Source: Prochlorococcus marinus subsp. pastoris str. CCMP1986 (GTDB lineage Bacteria > Cyanobacteriota > Cyanobacteriia > PCC-6307 > Cyanobiaceae). Taken from it: DNA of 32,000 nucleotides. Under the pieces are notes generated by a model that saw nothing but the letters and a program-made list of their open reading frames with translations, searched no databases and had not been told where the DNA came from. This document shows positions 10,171-19,389 of the stretch, in pieces. The position numbers were made by a program, and so were the translations under genes. Positions within the stretch are counted from its first letter, which is position 1; each line of letters opens with the position of its first letter. The stretch spans positions 1,140,001-1,172,000 of the forward strand of contig NC_005072.1 in NCBI RefSeq assembly GCF_000011465.1, in the 5' to 3' direction.

Positions 10171-11025
10171 TTAAATTTTTTTTTCATATAAATTATTTAA
10201 ATCAGGCACGAACGAATTTGGTTCATTTTCTCTTTCAGGAATTACTCCATTTAATAACTGACCTTTGGCTTTTAATCTTTTCCATTCTTTTTTAGCAAAA
10301 TCAATAATTGATATCGGAGAGCCACTGCCAATATTAAAAACTAGTGGAGTACCCTTTATAACATCTTTTCTTGAACAGCAATTTATTAAATGTTCCGCAA
10401 CTTCTTCAACAGGTATGAAATCTCTAATTTGAGTACCTTTAGTCATCTTGAAATCTAGATTATTTAATGCCGCATTTCTTAAAGATGGCCAAAAATTCAT
10501 TTCATTTTGCCCTAATCCATAAGCTGAAAAAATCCTTGGGTAAATGAATTCTGTTTGATAATTTTTGCATAATGCTTCTAACATATAAAAACTTGCGACC
10601 TTACTTCTAGCATAATTATTTGTTGGAATTAAAGGGGCATTACTTGGAATCATTTTATATCTATCAGAGCTCAAACCATATTCATGGCAGGAGCCTGTAA
10701 AAATGCATCTTTTTACATTAGCTTTAATTGATTCTTCCATTAATTTAATTGATCCAAGGATATTTGTTTTTGTTAATTCTTGAATAGAAGCCTCTTTAGG
10801 ACTTACACCTGCTGAAGCCAAATTAAATAATATATCTACTTCTTCAAGGTCATACATATTTATATCTAGTAAATCTTTGTTAAGCCATTTAATATTTTTG
10901 TCATGATTTTGGCTACTTATATAAGATCTATTTAATGCAATGATTTCATATCCTTTTTTTTTTGCAAGATTTGTTAGATGTGAACCTATAAATCCAGAAG
11001 CGCCTGTTATAAATAATTTCATCAT
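10171..11025 (-). CDS. SDR-family NAD(P)-dependent epimerase/reductase, candidate CDP-4-keto-3,6-dideoxyhexose reductase (paratose/abequose synthase-like)
   Basis: Rossmann 'LFITGASGFIGSHL', 'YARSK' catalytic YxxxK; position within rfbF/G/H-like cluster. Substrate assignment is from context only. Confidence 0.65.
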   Translation of the reverse strand: MMKLFITGASGFIGSHLTNLAKKKGYEIIALNRSYISSQNHDKNIKWLNKDLLDINMYDLEEVDILFNLASAGVSPKEASIQELTKTNILGSIKLMEESIKANVKRCIFTGSCHEYGLSSDRYKMIPSNAPLIPTNNYARSKVASFYMLEALCKNYQTEFIYPRIFSAYGLGQNEMNFWPSLRNAALNNLDFKMTKGTQIRDFIPVEEVAEHLINCCSRKDVIKGTPLVFNIGSGSPISIIDFAKKEWKRLKAKGQLLNGVIPERENEPNSFVPDLNNLYEKKI

Positions 11026-11040
11026 TTAAATTTGGATAAA

Positions 11041-12123
11041 TTATGATTTTAAAAAATGTTCAAGATCTTCTTTACAATATTTTTCGGTTTCACTCGAAAA
11101 TAAATAATAGTTTTTGTACCACAAAAATGTTCTTTTAACGGATTCATCAAAATCCCATCTTGGTTCCCAATTAATTAAATCTTTTGCTTTATCTGTATTT
11201 AATCCGAGGAATCTTGCCTCATGAAAATCTTGTTTACTTTCAATAATTTTCCACGAAACAGGCCAAAACTCCTCAGCTTTATGAACTAAATCTAATACTT
11301 TTTTATTTGAGTCAAGATTTGGTCCAAAGTTAAATGAAGATGCTAGATTGATATTATTTTCAAAAAGTTTTTCAGCTAGTTTTAAATAACCAGATAAAGG
11401 ATCTAAAACGTGTTGCCAGGGTCTTACCGAATCGGGATTTCGTATAGTGATTATTTTTTCAGAAATTATAGACCTTATCAGATCAGGAATAATTCTGTTA
11501 TCAGACCAATCCCCTCCACCAATAACGTTTCCTGATCTTACACTAGCAATTAGTAGATTATTTTTTTGAAAGTTTGAATTACCACAAAAACTTGATCTAA
11601 ATGATTCTATAGCAATTTCGGCTGCCGCTTTACTACTACTATATGGATCATGTCCTCCTAAGGGATCAGTTTCTTTGAAATAATTTTCTCGATCATTATT
11701 TCTATAAACTTTATCAGTAGTTATACAAATGCAAACGCATTTATTTTTAATAAATTTCAATGAATTCAGTAGATTAAAAGTTCCCATTACATTTGTTTCC
11801 CAAGTTTTTAAAGGCTCTAAATAACTTTCAATAACTAATGGTTGTGCAGCCATATGGAAAATAATGTCAGGTTGAATATCAGATATCAATTTTTCTAAGA
11901 GACTTTGATTTGTAATGTCAGTAACATGATGATTTATCTTTTGCTGTAGTTTAAGTTCTTCAAATAAATTTGGGGATGTAATTGGTTCTAAACTAATTCC
12001 ATAAATATTTGCTCCCATTTGCAAAAGCCAATATGAAAGCCAAGAACCTTTAAAACCTGTATGCCCAGTTATTATTACTTTTTTTTTATTCCAAAAAGGA
12101 ATCTTGGGGTTTCTCAAATTCAT
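11041..12123 (-). CDS. rfbG: CDP-glucose 4,6-dehydratase
   Basis: 'WNKKKVIITGHTGFKGSWLSYWLLQMGANIYGISLEP', 'HMAAQPLVIESYLEPLKTWETNVMGTFNLL', 'ITTDKVYRN', 'ETDPLGGHDPYSSSKAAAEI', 'ARSGNVIGGGDWSDNRIIPDLIRS', 'RPWQHVLDPLSGYLKLAE'-type motifs. Confidence 0.96.
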   Translation of the reverse strand: MNLRNPKIPFWNKKKVIITGHTGFKGSWLSYWLLQMGANIYGISLEPITSPNLFEELKLQQKINHHVTDITNQSLLEKLISDIQPDIIFHMAAQPLVIESYLEPLKTWETNVMGTFNLLNSLKFIKNKCVCICITTDKVYRNNDRENYFKETDPLGGHDPYSSSKAAAEIAIESFRSSFCGNSNFQKNNLLIASVRSGNVIGGGDWSDNRIIPDLIRSIISEKIITIRNPDSVRPWQHVLDPLSGYLKLAEKLFENNINLASSFNFGPNLDSNKKVLDLVHKAEEFWPVSWKIIESKQDFHEARFLGLNTDKAKDLINWEPRWDFDESVKRTFLWYKNYYLFSSETEKYCKEDLEHFLKS

Positions 12124-12142
12124 ATTTTTTTTATAGAAAGCT

Positions 12143-12928
12143 CTACCAAATTTTCCAAGGCGCTTTATTAGATTCCCATAAATCTTGCAAAACCATCTTA
12201 TCTCTTAAAGTATCCATTGGCTGCCAAAAACCGCTGTGGTGAAATGCAGATAGTTGATTTAACTCTGCAAGTTTTTGCATTGGCTTTTGTTCCCATGAAC
12301 AAAAGTCGTTTTCTATAAAATCTATTGTTTCAGGTTGAAGCACAAAAAAACCGCCGTTAATCCAGTTACCATCACCTTTTGGTTTCTCATTAAACCCTAG
12401 AACTCTACCTCTTTCAAAAGCTAAAGAACCAAACCTTCCAGGGGGCTGAACTGCTGTAAGCGTCGCTTTTCTTCCTTTTTTAAAATGGAAATCTATTAGT
12501 TTACTTATATTTACATCAGCCAAACCATCTCCATATGTGAAGCAGAAAGTTTCATTCCCAATATATTCTTTTACTCTTGCAAGCCTTCCTCCAGTCAAAG
12601 TATCTTTACCCGTATCTACAAGAGTGACCTTCCAATCTTCAGAATCCACATTATGGGTAGTAATAGAATTCTTTTGAAGATCTACAGTAAAGTCTCTTGA
12701 ATGAAGATAATAATTTGCAAAATATTCCTTTATTAAATATCCCTTATAACCACAACAAATTATAAATTCTTTGATGCCATAACAACTATAAATTTTCATG
12801 ATATGCCATAAAATTGGTAGTCCACCAATTTCAATCATTGGCTTAGGTTTAATTGTTGTTTCCTCTGAAAGTCTCGTACCTAATCCACCAGCAAGTATAA
12901 CGGCTTTCATATTTTTATAATTTGTCAA
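12143..12928 (-). CDS. rfbF: glucose-1-phosphate cytidylyltransferase
   Basis: 'MKAVILAGGLGTRLSEETTIKPKPMIEIGGLPILWHIMKIYSCYGIKEFIICCGYKGYLIKEYF' and 'GFNEKPKGDGNWINGGFFVLQPE' are hallmark RfbF motifs. Confidence 0.97.
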   Translation of the reverse strand: MTNYKNMKAVILAGGLGTRLSEETTIKPKPMIEIGGLPILWHIMKIYSCYGIKEFIICCGYKGYLIKEYFANYYLHSRDFTVDLQKNSITTHNVDSEDWKVTLVDTGKDTLTGGRLARVKEYIGNETFCFTYGDGLADVNISKLIDFHFKKGRKATLTAVQPPGRFGSLAFERGRVLGFNEKPKGDGNWINGGFFVLQPETIDFIENDFCSWEQKPMQKLAELNQLSAFHHSGFWQPMDTLRDKMVLQDLWESNKAPWKIW

Positions 12929-12957
12929 AGTTATTTAAGTGGGAAAGGGATTTTTTT

Positions 12958-14157
12958 TTAAAATTTTGACAAAAATTCATTTATTGTTTTATGTAATCTA
13001 GTAAACATTCTATCAGTTAAACCATGGTGGACAGGTAATAAAACACCTTGCTTCATGATTAAATCAGAATTTTTATATCCATATTCACTAATTTTTTTTT
13101 CAATGTTTTTAGTCATGGGTTGTTTAAGAATATTGCCAGTAAACACGACTCTAGTTTGGATATTACGTTCTTCTAAATAAATTTGAAATTCTCTTCTTGT
13201 AAAAGGTGCATCTTCTTTGATTAATATTGGATAAGCAAGCCATGCTGTATCAACGTTTTCATTTTGTAACGGATTCATAAAGAATTGATTGTGGTTCTCA
13301 AAAAAATCAAATTGTCTATTGAAGTTCTTTTTTCTAGTTTGAATATTTTGGTTTAATTTTTTTAGTTGTGCTAAGCCAAAAGAAGCCCCAACTTCATTTC
13401 CTTCGACATTGTATCCCACTTTTTCAAAGACGAATTTCGCATCATATTCAATGCCTTCTAAAGAAACATTAAATCTATTGTTTATCGATTCACTTTTTTC
13501 ATCAAATAAAGATGAACTTCTTCCCCATGACCTTAATAGTTTAGCCTCAGATAAAACGTTTTCATCGTTTATAGCTAAAGCTCCTCCATTGCCAGCACAA
13601 TTAATGATATGTGATCCATAAAAACTTGTTATTGATATATCTGAATAAAAGCCACTACTTTTACCATCTATTTTTGCTCCTAACGTATCTGCAGAATCCT
13701 CAATAACAACTAAGTTATATTTATCCGCAATATTTCTTATTAGTGGCCAATTACAAAGATTTCCAAGTAAATTTGGCGCTAGTATAGCTCTCGTGTTTTT
13801 ATTAATATTTTTTTCAATTTGCTCGCAATCTATACAATAAGTGGTTAGATCAACATCTACAAAAACAGGAACTAAATTGTTTTTAACGAGGCAGCCGACA
13901 GAAGTTGAAAAAGTTAAAGCAGGAGTGATCACCTCTGAGCCTTCAGGTAAATTTAATGCTTCAATTCCTATGTATAGAGCAGATGACCCAGAATTCACAT
14001 ATAAACAATATTTTTTATCAAAAAGTTTGGCTATTTTGCTTTCAAATAATCTTGAGTAATTACCCATTTGAGTTGACTCACCAAGACATTTAATAACTGC
14101 ATCTATTTCTTCTCTGCCATATACAGTTTTTGCGTAAGAAATTGGCTCTAAATCCAA
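12958..14157 (-). CDS. DegT/DnrJ/EryC1/StrS-fold sugar 3-dehydratase (RfbH/ColD-like) lacking the RfbH Fe-S cysteines
   Basis: Starts at TTG (first usable start after in-frame TAG). 'SGSSALYIGIEALNL', 'PALTFSTSVG', 'EDSADTLG', and 'SFYGSHIINCAGNGGAL' with His at residue 183 where aminotransferases have Lys. 'RSWGRSSSLFDEKSESINNRF' replaces the Cys-rich stretch of RfbH. Confidence 0.85.
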   Translation of the reverse strand: MDLEPISYAKTVYGREEIDAVIKCLGESTQMGNYSRLFESKIAKLFDKKYCLYVNSGSSALYIGIEALNLPEGSEVITPALTFSTSVGCLVKNNLVPVFVDVDLTTYCIDCEQIEKNINKNTRAILAPNLLGNLCNWPLIRNIADKYNLVVIEDSADTLGAKIDGKSSGFYSDISITSFYGSHIINCAGNGGALAINDENVLSEAKLLRSWGRSSSLFDEKSESINNRFNVSLEGIEYDAKFVFEKVGYNVEGNEVGASFGLAQLKKLNQNIQTRKKNFNRQFDFFENHNQFFMNPLQNENVDTAWLAYPILIKEDAPFTRREFQIYLEERNIQTRVVFTGNILKQPMTKNIEKKISEYGYKNSDLIMKQGVLLPVHHGLTDRMFTRLHKTINEFLSKF

Positions 14158-14291
14158 AACCTGCTAAATCTTTAATATATCATGTTTTTTTAACAATAAT
14201 GAGTCTTTTATGGCGTATAAATAAAGAAACTTCAAGAAATAAACTATAAATTTATATTATTTATAAGTCATCGTAGTTTGATAAAAAGTTT

Positions 14292-15683
14292 TTAAGATGA
14301 AAGACTTTCTGAAGATAAAGCTTTTTGATCTTTTTTTAATAATTTTATAATCTCAATCAACATTAATGTTGAAAATAAAATATAAGGTATTGCTCCAAAT
14401 CCTCTTATGTAAAAAGAGTAGCCTTTTGTCATTAAGCAATAAAGTTGATAAAAAGTCTCGTAAAAATTTAAATAACAAATCCACATTAAATATGAAATGA
14501 ATAATCTTCTATTTTTATGTAATTTTCTATCATAAATGTATCTGATAGTCATGGGTGCTGCAGCAAAGAAAAAAAGAAAAAACTGTGGATGTCCTAATTT
14601 ATAAAAAGTGAAGCCTGAAGATGAAGTTAGAATTACAGCTGGCAAAAGATCTATCTTATGTTTGTACATTAAAAAAAGTACAGTCAATAGCACTAAGGCC
14701 ATAGCATATATGCTGTATTGATCTAAGTTAAGACCTAAAATTTTTCGAGAAAAATTAAAGAAAGATAGATGTTTAGAATGCATTTCAGTGGCCCAAAAAA
14801 CTGATTTCAAGGTTGAATCCCCCCAATGGAATATAGAAATGCTTAGTATGCTAATTATTGATAAGAGATAAGAAGTAAAAAAAGTTATATCTATTTTTCT
14901 TTTTCTTAAAACAAATAAAGGTGCAACAAATATTGGATATATTTTCACCATCGTTGCCAATGCAAGTGAGATTCCAGATAAAACGCTATTGATATTTTTG
15001 AGATTTGAAATCGATAGAGATAAAGATAAAACAATTAAACCTGCTACAAGAGTGTCATTATGGCCGAAATATGCAGTTACTAATAAACAAAAAGGAGAAA
15101 AAGCGAAAATTAGGAAAATTTTTAATTTTGCAATTTCATCAATTTCCCTTTTAAAATTTAATGGAAAAATTGAAGAAAAATACATAGGGATTAAGAAAAA
15201 ACAACCCCAAAAAAGTTTTGGCAAAGAATTATTAATAGCTGCTAATGGTGCAACAATATTGTGAATTGGTAAGTAAACATTATCTGTTCCAATCCAAGGA
15301 TTTAAGCCTTGATTAATTAAAGCCCACTGATCTAAATAAGGTCTATAATCTAGTATTCCTTTATGACTAGCTACGTAAATAAGTATCATTGCAATTATGT
15401 AGTATAGAAAAGATATTTTTATTGCCTTATACTCATTTTTTTTATTTAAAGATTTTGCGGGAACTAAATCTTTATCTATGACTTTTAGAATTGTAGACCT
15501 TAGAAGATATGAAGAAAAAATTGCAGTAAATAAAGCTTGTAAAAGAATAACAAAATTAAAATTTTCATTAAAATTGGATATTCTATGAAGTTTGCAAACT
15601 AAGGCTCCCTGGAAAATAAATACTGGTGCTGAAAATACTAAAAGATAGAAATATCTATTATTCTTTATTCTAGAAAGAATCAT
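14292..15683 (-). CDS. polytopic GT-C-type glycosyltransferase-like membrane protein (copy 2, paralog of 5324..6697)
   Basis: 463 aa; 'LDYRPYLDQWALINQGLNPWIGTDNVYLPIHNIVAPLAAINNSLPK' matches 36/46 residues of the copy-1 segment by hand alignment; C-termini also match (LLKKDQKALSSESLSS vs LLKKDPKALSSKSISS). Confidence 0.7.
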   Translation of the reverse strand: MILSRIKNNRYFYLLVFSAPVFIFQGALVCKLHRISNFNENFNFVILLQALFTAIFSSYLLRSTILKVIDKDLVPAKSLNKKNEYKAIKISFLYYIIAMILIYVASHKGILDYRPYLDQWALINQGLNPWIGTDNVYLPIHNIVAPLAAINNSLPKLFWGCFFLIPMYFSSIFPLNFKREIDEIAKLKIFLIFAFSPFCLLVTAYFGHNDTLVAGLIVLSLSLSISNLKNINSVLSGISLALATMVKIYPIFVAPLFVLRKRKIDITFFTSYLLSIISILSISIFHWGDSTLKSVFWATEMHSKHLSFFNFSRKILGLNLDQYSIYAMALVLLTVLFLMYKHKIDLLPAVILTSSSGFTFYKLGHPQFFLFFFAAAPMTIRYIYDRKLHKNRRLFISYLMWICYLNFYETFYQLYCLMTKGYSFYIRGFGAIPYILFSTLMLIEIIKLLKKDQKALSSESLSS

Positions 15684-16081
15684 TATATAGTTTTTAAATT
15701 AAATAAATGCTAACTCCTTATGCTTTTCCCAAGTATTAATTTTAAATAAAACATAAACAATTGAAATCAACTAAATAAAACCACTTATATAGATTTATTA
15801 TAAATTATTCTCACTAAAAATTTTAAAAATTTTTATCTTTTAGAATTACCTTGGTAATGGTTTCTTTATTTTTAAAAGTTTTAAAAAATTTAAAGATTTT
15901 CTCTTGAGAGAAAGCTTTAATAGTAATTTTTTAAATAAAAATTTGGGATCTTAAACTGTTTTACTTATTCTTGGATAAAAGGTTTATCTCCAATATTATT
16001 ATTCAAAGTTCCATTAAATTAAGGTTATTACTTTCAGCATAACTTTCAATTTCCCTTAAAAAAGATCCTGCTTTAGAAATA

Positions 16082-17035
16082 CTAATATATATTTTTTTTA
16101 AAGTCTTTAATAGTATTCTCAATACCCTCTTCAAGTGATATTTTACTTTCCCAACCTAATTTTTTAATCCTAGTAATATCCAATCTTTTCAGAGGAGTTC
16201 CATTGGGTTTTGTTTTATCCCAAAAAATAGAACCTTTAAAACCTACTTTATTTTTTATCAAAATTGCTAAATCTAAAATCGATATGTCTTTACCAGTTCC
16301 AACATTTAAGAAAGAGCAATTATTTAAACTAAATTGAAAATTTTCTAAGGTAAAAACTGATGCCTCAGCTAGGTCATCAACATGTAAAAATTCTCGTTTA
16401 GGGGATCCATCACCCCAACAAATCACCTGATCAAGATTATTAATTTCTGCAGTTACGAATTTTTTTATCAGTGCAGCAAAAACATGACTTTCATTATCTT
16501 GGTAATTATCATTTGGTCCATATAAATTTGTTGGCATGAGAGAAAAAGCATCAAAATTTTTTTGTTTCCTTAAAGCTTCACAAAATTTCATGCCAACAAT
16601 TTTTGCTAAAGCATAGTTTTCATTAGTTTTTTCTAAATAATTACTTAGTAAATATTCCTCTCGTATTGGCTGTGTGCATTTTTTGGGATAGGCACAACTA
16701 CTACTTAAAAAAAGTAACCTTTTCACAGAATTTTGATATGCAGCTTCAACAACGTTTGTTTGAATTTGAATATTCTCAATAATAAAATCATATGGGTAAA
16801 TGCTGTTTGCTAGTATTCCTCCTACTTTAGCTGCTGCAAGAATAACAATATCTGGACTATTTTCCTTAAACCAATTTTTAACTTTATTTTGATCCCTTAA
16901 ATCAATTTCTTTCCTTGAAACTGTAATTATATTTTTATATCCAAATTTTTTTAAAGCGCGACAGATTGCAGAGCCTGCCAGTCCATTATGACCTGCGACA
17001 AAAATAGAATCACTTTTCGAAATTAAATTCTTCAT
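16082..17035 (-). CDS. fcl: GDP-L-fucose synthase (GDP-4-keto-6-deoxymannose 3,5-epimerase/reductase)
   Basis: 'IFVAGHNGLAGSAICRALKKFGY', 'VILAAAKVGGILANSIYPYDFIIENIQIQTNVV', 'FLSSSCAYPKKCTQPIREEYLL', 'YALAKIVGMKFCEALRKQ', 'MPTNLYGPNDNY', 'WGDGSPKREFLHVDDLAEA'. Confidence 0.97.
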   Translation of the reverse strand: MKNLISKSDSIFVAGHNGLAGSAICRALKKFGYKNIITVSRKEIDLRDQNKVKNWFKENSPDIVILAAAKVGGILANSIYPYDFIIENIQIQTNVVEAAYQNSVKRLLFLSSSCAYPKKCTQPIREEYLLSNYLEKTNENYALAKIVGMKFCEALRKQKNFDAFSLMPTNLYGPNDNYQDNESHVFAALIKKFVTAEINNLDQVICWGDGSPKREFLHVDDLAEASVFTLENFQFSLNNCSFLNVGTGKDISILDLAILIKNKVGFKGSIFWDKTKPNGTPLKRLDITRIKKLGWESKISLEEGIENTIKDFKKNIY

Positions 17036-17068
17036 AAAGAATAAATGATAATATTCAAAATAAAATAT

Positions 17069-18142
17069 TTATTGTTTAGCAAGTTTCAACTTATCAAATT
17101 CCACCATTTCGTGTATTAATTTTTCTAAAGTAATAGAGCTTCTCCATCCAAGTTTATTAATAGCTTTAGTAGGATCACCCAACAAACTATCTACTTCAGA
17201 TGGCCTAAAATATCTTTTATCAACTTTGATAATTATTTTATTATTTTCATTTCTAATTCCAACCTCTTGCAAACCTGAGCCCTCCCAGCGAATAGCTGGT
17301 AGATTTCGGTTTTTTCTATTCCAGCCGAGCTCACATGCTACCAATTCAATAAATTCTTTGATACTTTTATTTTTTCCAGTAGCTATTACATAATCATCTG
17401 CATAATCTTGCTGAAGCATAAGCCATTGCATTTTCACATAATCCTTAGCATGACCCCAATCTCTCAAAGAATTTAAATTTCCAAGATAAAGTATTTCATC
17501 AATACCTGAATCAATTCTCACAAGACCCCTTGTGATTTTTCTCGTAACAAATGTTTCTCCTCTCCTTGGACTTTCATGATTAAACAAAATACCATTACAT
17601 GCGTAAATACCATATGCATCTCTATAATTTTTTATTATCCAATATGAATACAATTTAGCCACGCCATAGGGACTTTGAGGGTTAAAAGGAGTATCTTCGT
17701 TTTGAGGGGATTTACATACTCTCCCATATAACTCACTAGTACTAGCTTGGTAAATTTTAGTCTTTTTTTCTAAGTTTAATATCCTAACAGCTTCAAGAAT
17801 TCTTAATGTACCAAGAGCATCGCAATTTGCCGTATATTCTGGAGTTTCAAAGCTAACAGCTACATGACTTTGTGCAGCGAGATTATAAATTTCATCTGGT
17901 TCAATTTCTTTTATTAACCTAATAATATTTGTACTGTCAACTAAATCTCCGTAATGGAGTATTAATTGTGGAGATATTTCATGTGGGTCTTGATATAAAT
18001 GATCAATTCTTTCAGTATTAAAACTACTCGATCGCCTCTTTATTCCGTGAACAATGTACCCCTTATCTAAAAGGAGTTCAGCAAGATAACTTCCATCTTG
18101 TCCAGTAATACCTGTAATTAATGCTACTTTTGAGCTATTCAA
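17069..18142 (-). CDS. gmd: GDP-mannose 4,6-dehydratase
   Basis: '[45 protein letters not shown]', '[20 protein letters not shown]', '[10 protein letters not shown]', '[18 protein letters not shown]', '[26 protein letters not shown]'. Annotated start is a TTG. Confidence 0.98.
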   Translation of the reverse strand: MNSSKVALITGITGQDGSYLAELLLDKGYIVHGIKRRSSSFNTERIDHLYQDPHEISPQLILHYGDLVDSTNIIRLIKEIEPDEIYNLAAQSHVAVSFETPEYTANCDALGTLRILEAVRILNLEKKTKIYQASTSELYGRVCKSPQNEDTPFNPQSPYGVAKLYSYWIIKNYRDAYGIYACNGILFNHESPRRGETFVTRKITRGLVRIDSGIDEILYLGNLNSLRDWGHAKDYVKMQWLMLQQDYADDYVIATGKNKSIKEFIELVACELGWNRKNRNLPAIRWEGSGLQEVGIRNENNKIIIKVDKRYFRPSEVDSLLGDPTKAINKLGWRSSITLEKLIHEMVEFDKLKLAKQ

Positions 18143-18247
18143 TTCGTTTCAAAAACTTTTTTTATTTTAGAGCATAAACCTATTTTCGAATAGTTAACAT
18201 AATTTTTATTTTTTTCAAAACAGATTAATTAATTACTCAATTAATAA

Positions 18248-19339
18248 TCAGATCTCACAATAAATGCTCAAATCTAGTTCCTCAAGATTTTTGATATAAC
18301 CATAAGGATTTTTCAAACCCCATCTCCAACCATCCCTACATATATCATCTAATGTTTTTCTTGCCTTCCAATTAAGTATAGAATTAGACAATCTACTATC
18401 TGCAAAAAGCACTCCACAATCTCCTATCCTCCTCTCTGAGAACTCATATTCAATTTTTATGTCATTAACTTTTTTAAAAGTATTTATTAACTCAAGTACT
18501 GTAGTTCCTTTACCAGTACCTAAATTTACTTTGATCAAATTATGTTTTGAATTTAATAACAAGCGTAATGCTTTTTCGTGACCATCTATTATATCCTCAA
18601 CATGAACATAATCTCTTAAACAGGTGCCATCCCTAGTAGGCCAGTCTTTCCCAAAAATATTCAATTTTTTATTATTATCTTTAGCCACCTCACAAATAAT
18701 TGGAAATAAATTATTTTTGTTTGAGATAGGATTTTCTCCTATTATTCCAGAGTGATGAGCTCCTACAGGATTAAAATATCTTAATATAGCTACTCCCCAA
18801 TTTTTTCTGAAATGTAGATCAGTTAAAATTTCTTCAATTGTTTTTTTTGTTTTTCCATAAACATTAGAAGGGATTAATGAACTATCTTCTTTGATGGGAC
18901 AATTTTGATTGTTACCATAAACGGCGGCACTACTGCTAAAAACTATATTTTTACAATCATATAACTCCATAACTTTAAATAAATTAATGGATCCTGAGAC
19001 ATTATATTCCCAATACTTAATTGGATTTTCCTCAGATTCACTAACAGCTTTTAAACCTGCAAAATGTAAAACTGCAATTATCTTTTGATTATTACAAAGA
19101 GCATGTTCAAAAATAATTTTTAATTTTTCAAAATTTGTTATGTCTGCTTTAAAAAATTTTATTTTATTATCAGCAAATTTATTTTTTTCTTTAAAAAATC
19201 TATTAACTCTGGATATTGACTCAAATGAACTATTTTCCAGAGAATCAACTATATAAATTCCATAACCAGCTTCAAGTAAATTTAAACACGCATGACTGCC
19301 AAGATAACCTGCTCCGCCTGTAATTAAAATATTATTCAT
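18248..19339 (-). CDS. galE: UDP-glucose 4-epimerase
   Basis: 'MNNILITGGAGYLGSHACLNLLEAGYGIYIVDSLENSS', 'AVLHFAGLKAVSESEENPIKYWEYNVSGSINLF', 'FSSSAAVYG', 'NVYGKTKKTIEEIL', 'ILRYFNPVGAHHSGIIGE', 'TRDGTCLRDYVHVEDI'. Confidence 0.96.
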   Translation of the reverse strand: MNNILITGGAGYLGSHACLNLLEAGYGIYIVDSLENSSFESISRVNRFFKEKNKFADNKIKFFKADITNFEKLKIIFEHALCNNQKIIAVLHFAGLKAVSESEENPIKYWEYNVSGSINLFKVMELYDCKNIVFSSSAAVYGNNQNCPIKEDSSLIPSNVYGKTKKTIEEILTDLHFRKNWGVAILRYFNPVGAHHSGIIGENPISNKNNLFPIICEVAKDNNKKLNIFGKDWPTRDGTCLRDYVHVEDIIDGHEKALRLLLNSKHNLIKVNLGTGKGTTVLELINTFKKVNDIKIEYEFSERRIGDCGVLFADSRLSNSILNWKARKTLDDICRDGWRWGLKNPYGYIKNLEELDLSIYCEI

Positions 19340-19389
19340 CCTGAGTTTTTAACGTTATGTTTTAATTTTTTTGAAATTGGAATATGAGT

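Noticed and set aside
13409-14059. Plus-strand ORFs 13409..13621 and 13841..14059
   Set aside because: Antisense to the RfbH/ColD-like gene; no independent evidence.
13001-14157. Calling 12958..14157 an ordinary amino-sugar aminotransferase
   Set aside because: The PLP-binding Lys position is His (residue 183), which argues for 3-dehydratase/deoxygenase chemistry instead.
14989-15264. 91-aa plus-strand ORF, counterpart to the 6108..6308 region of the paralog
   Set aside because: Both plus-strand ORFs sit in equivalent places of the two GT-C paralogs, which initially looked like conservation, but this is expected from the sense-strand duplication.
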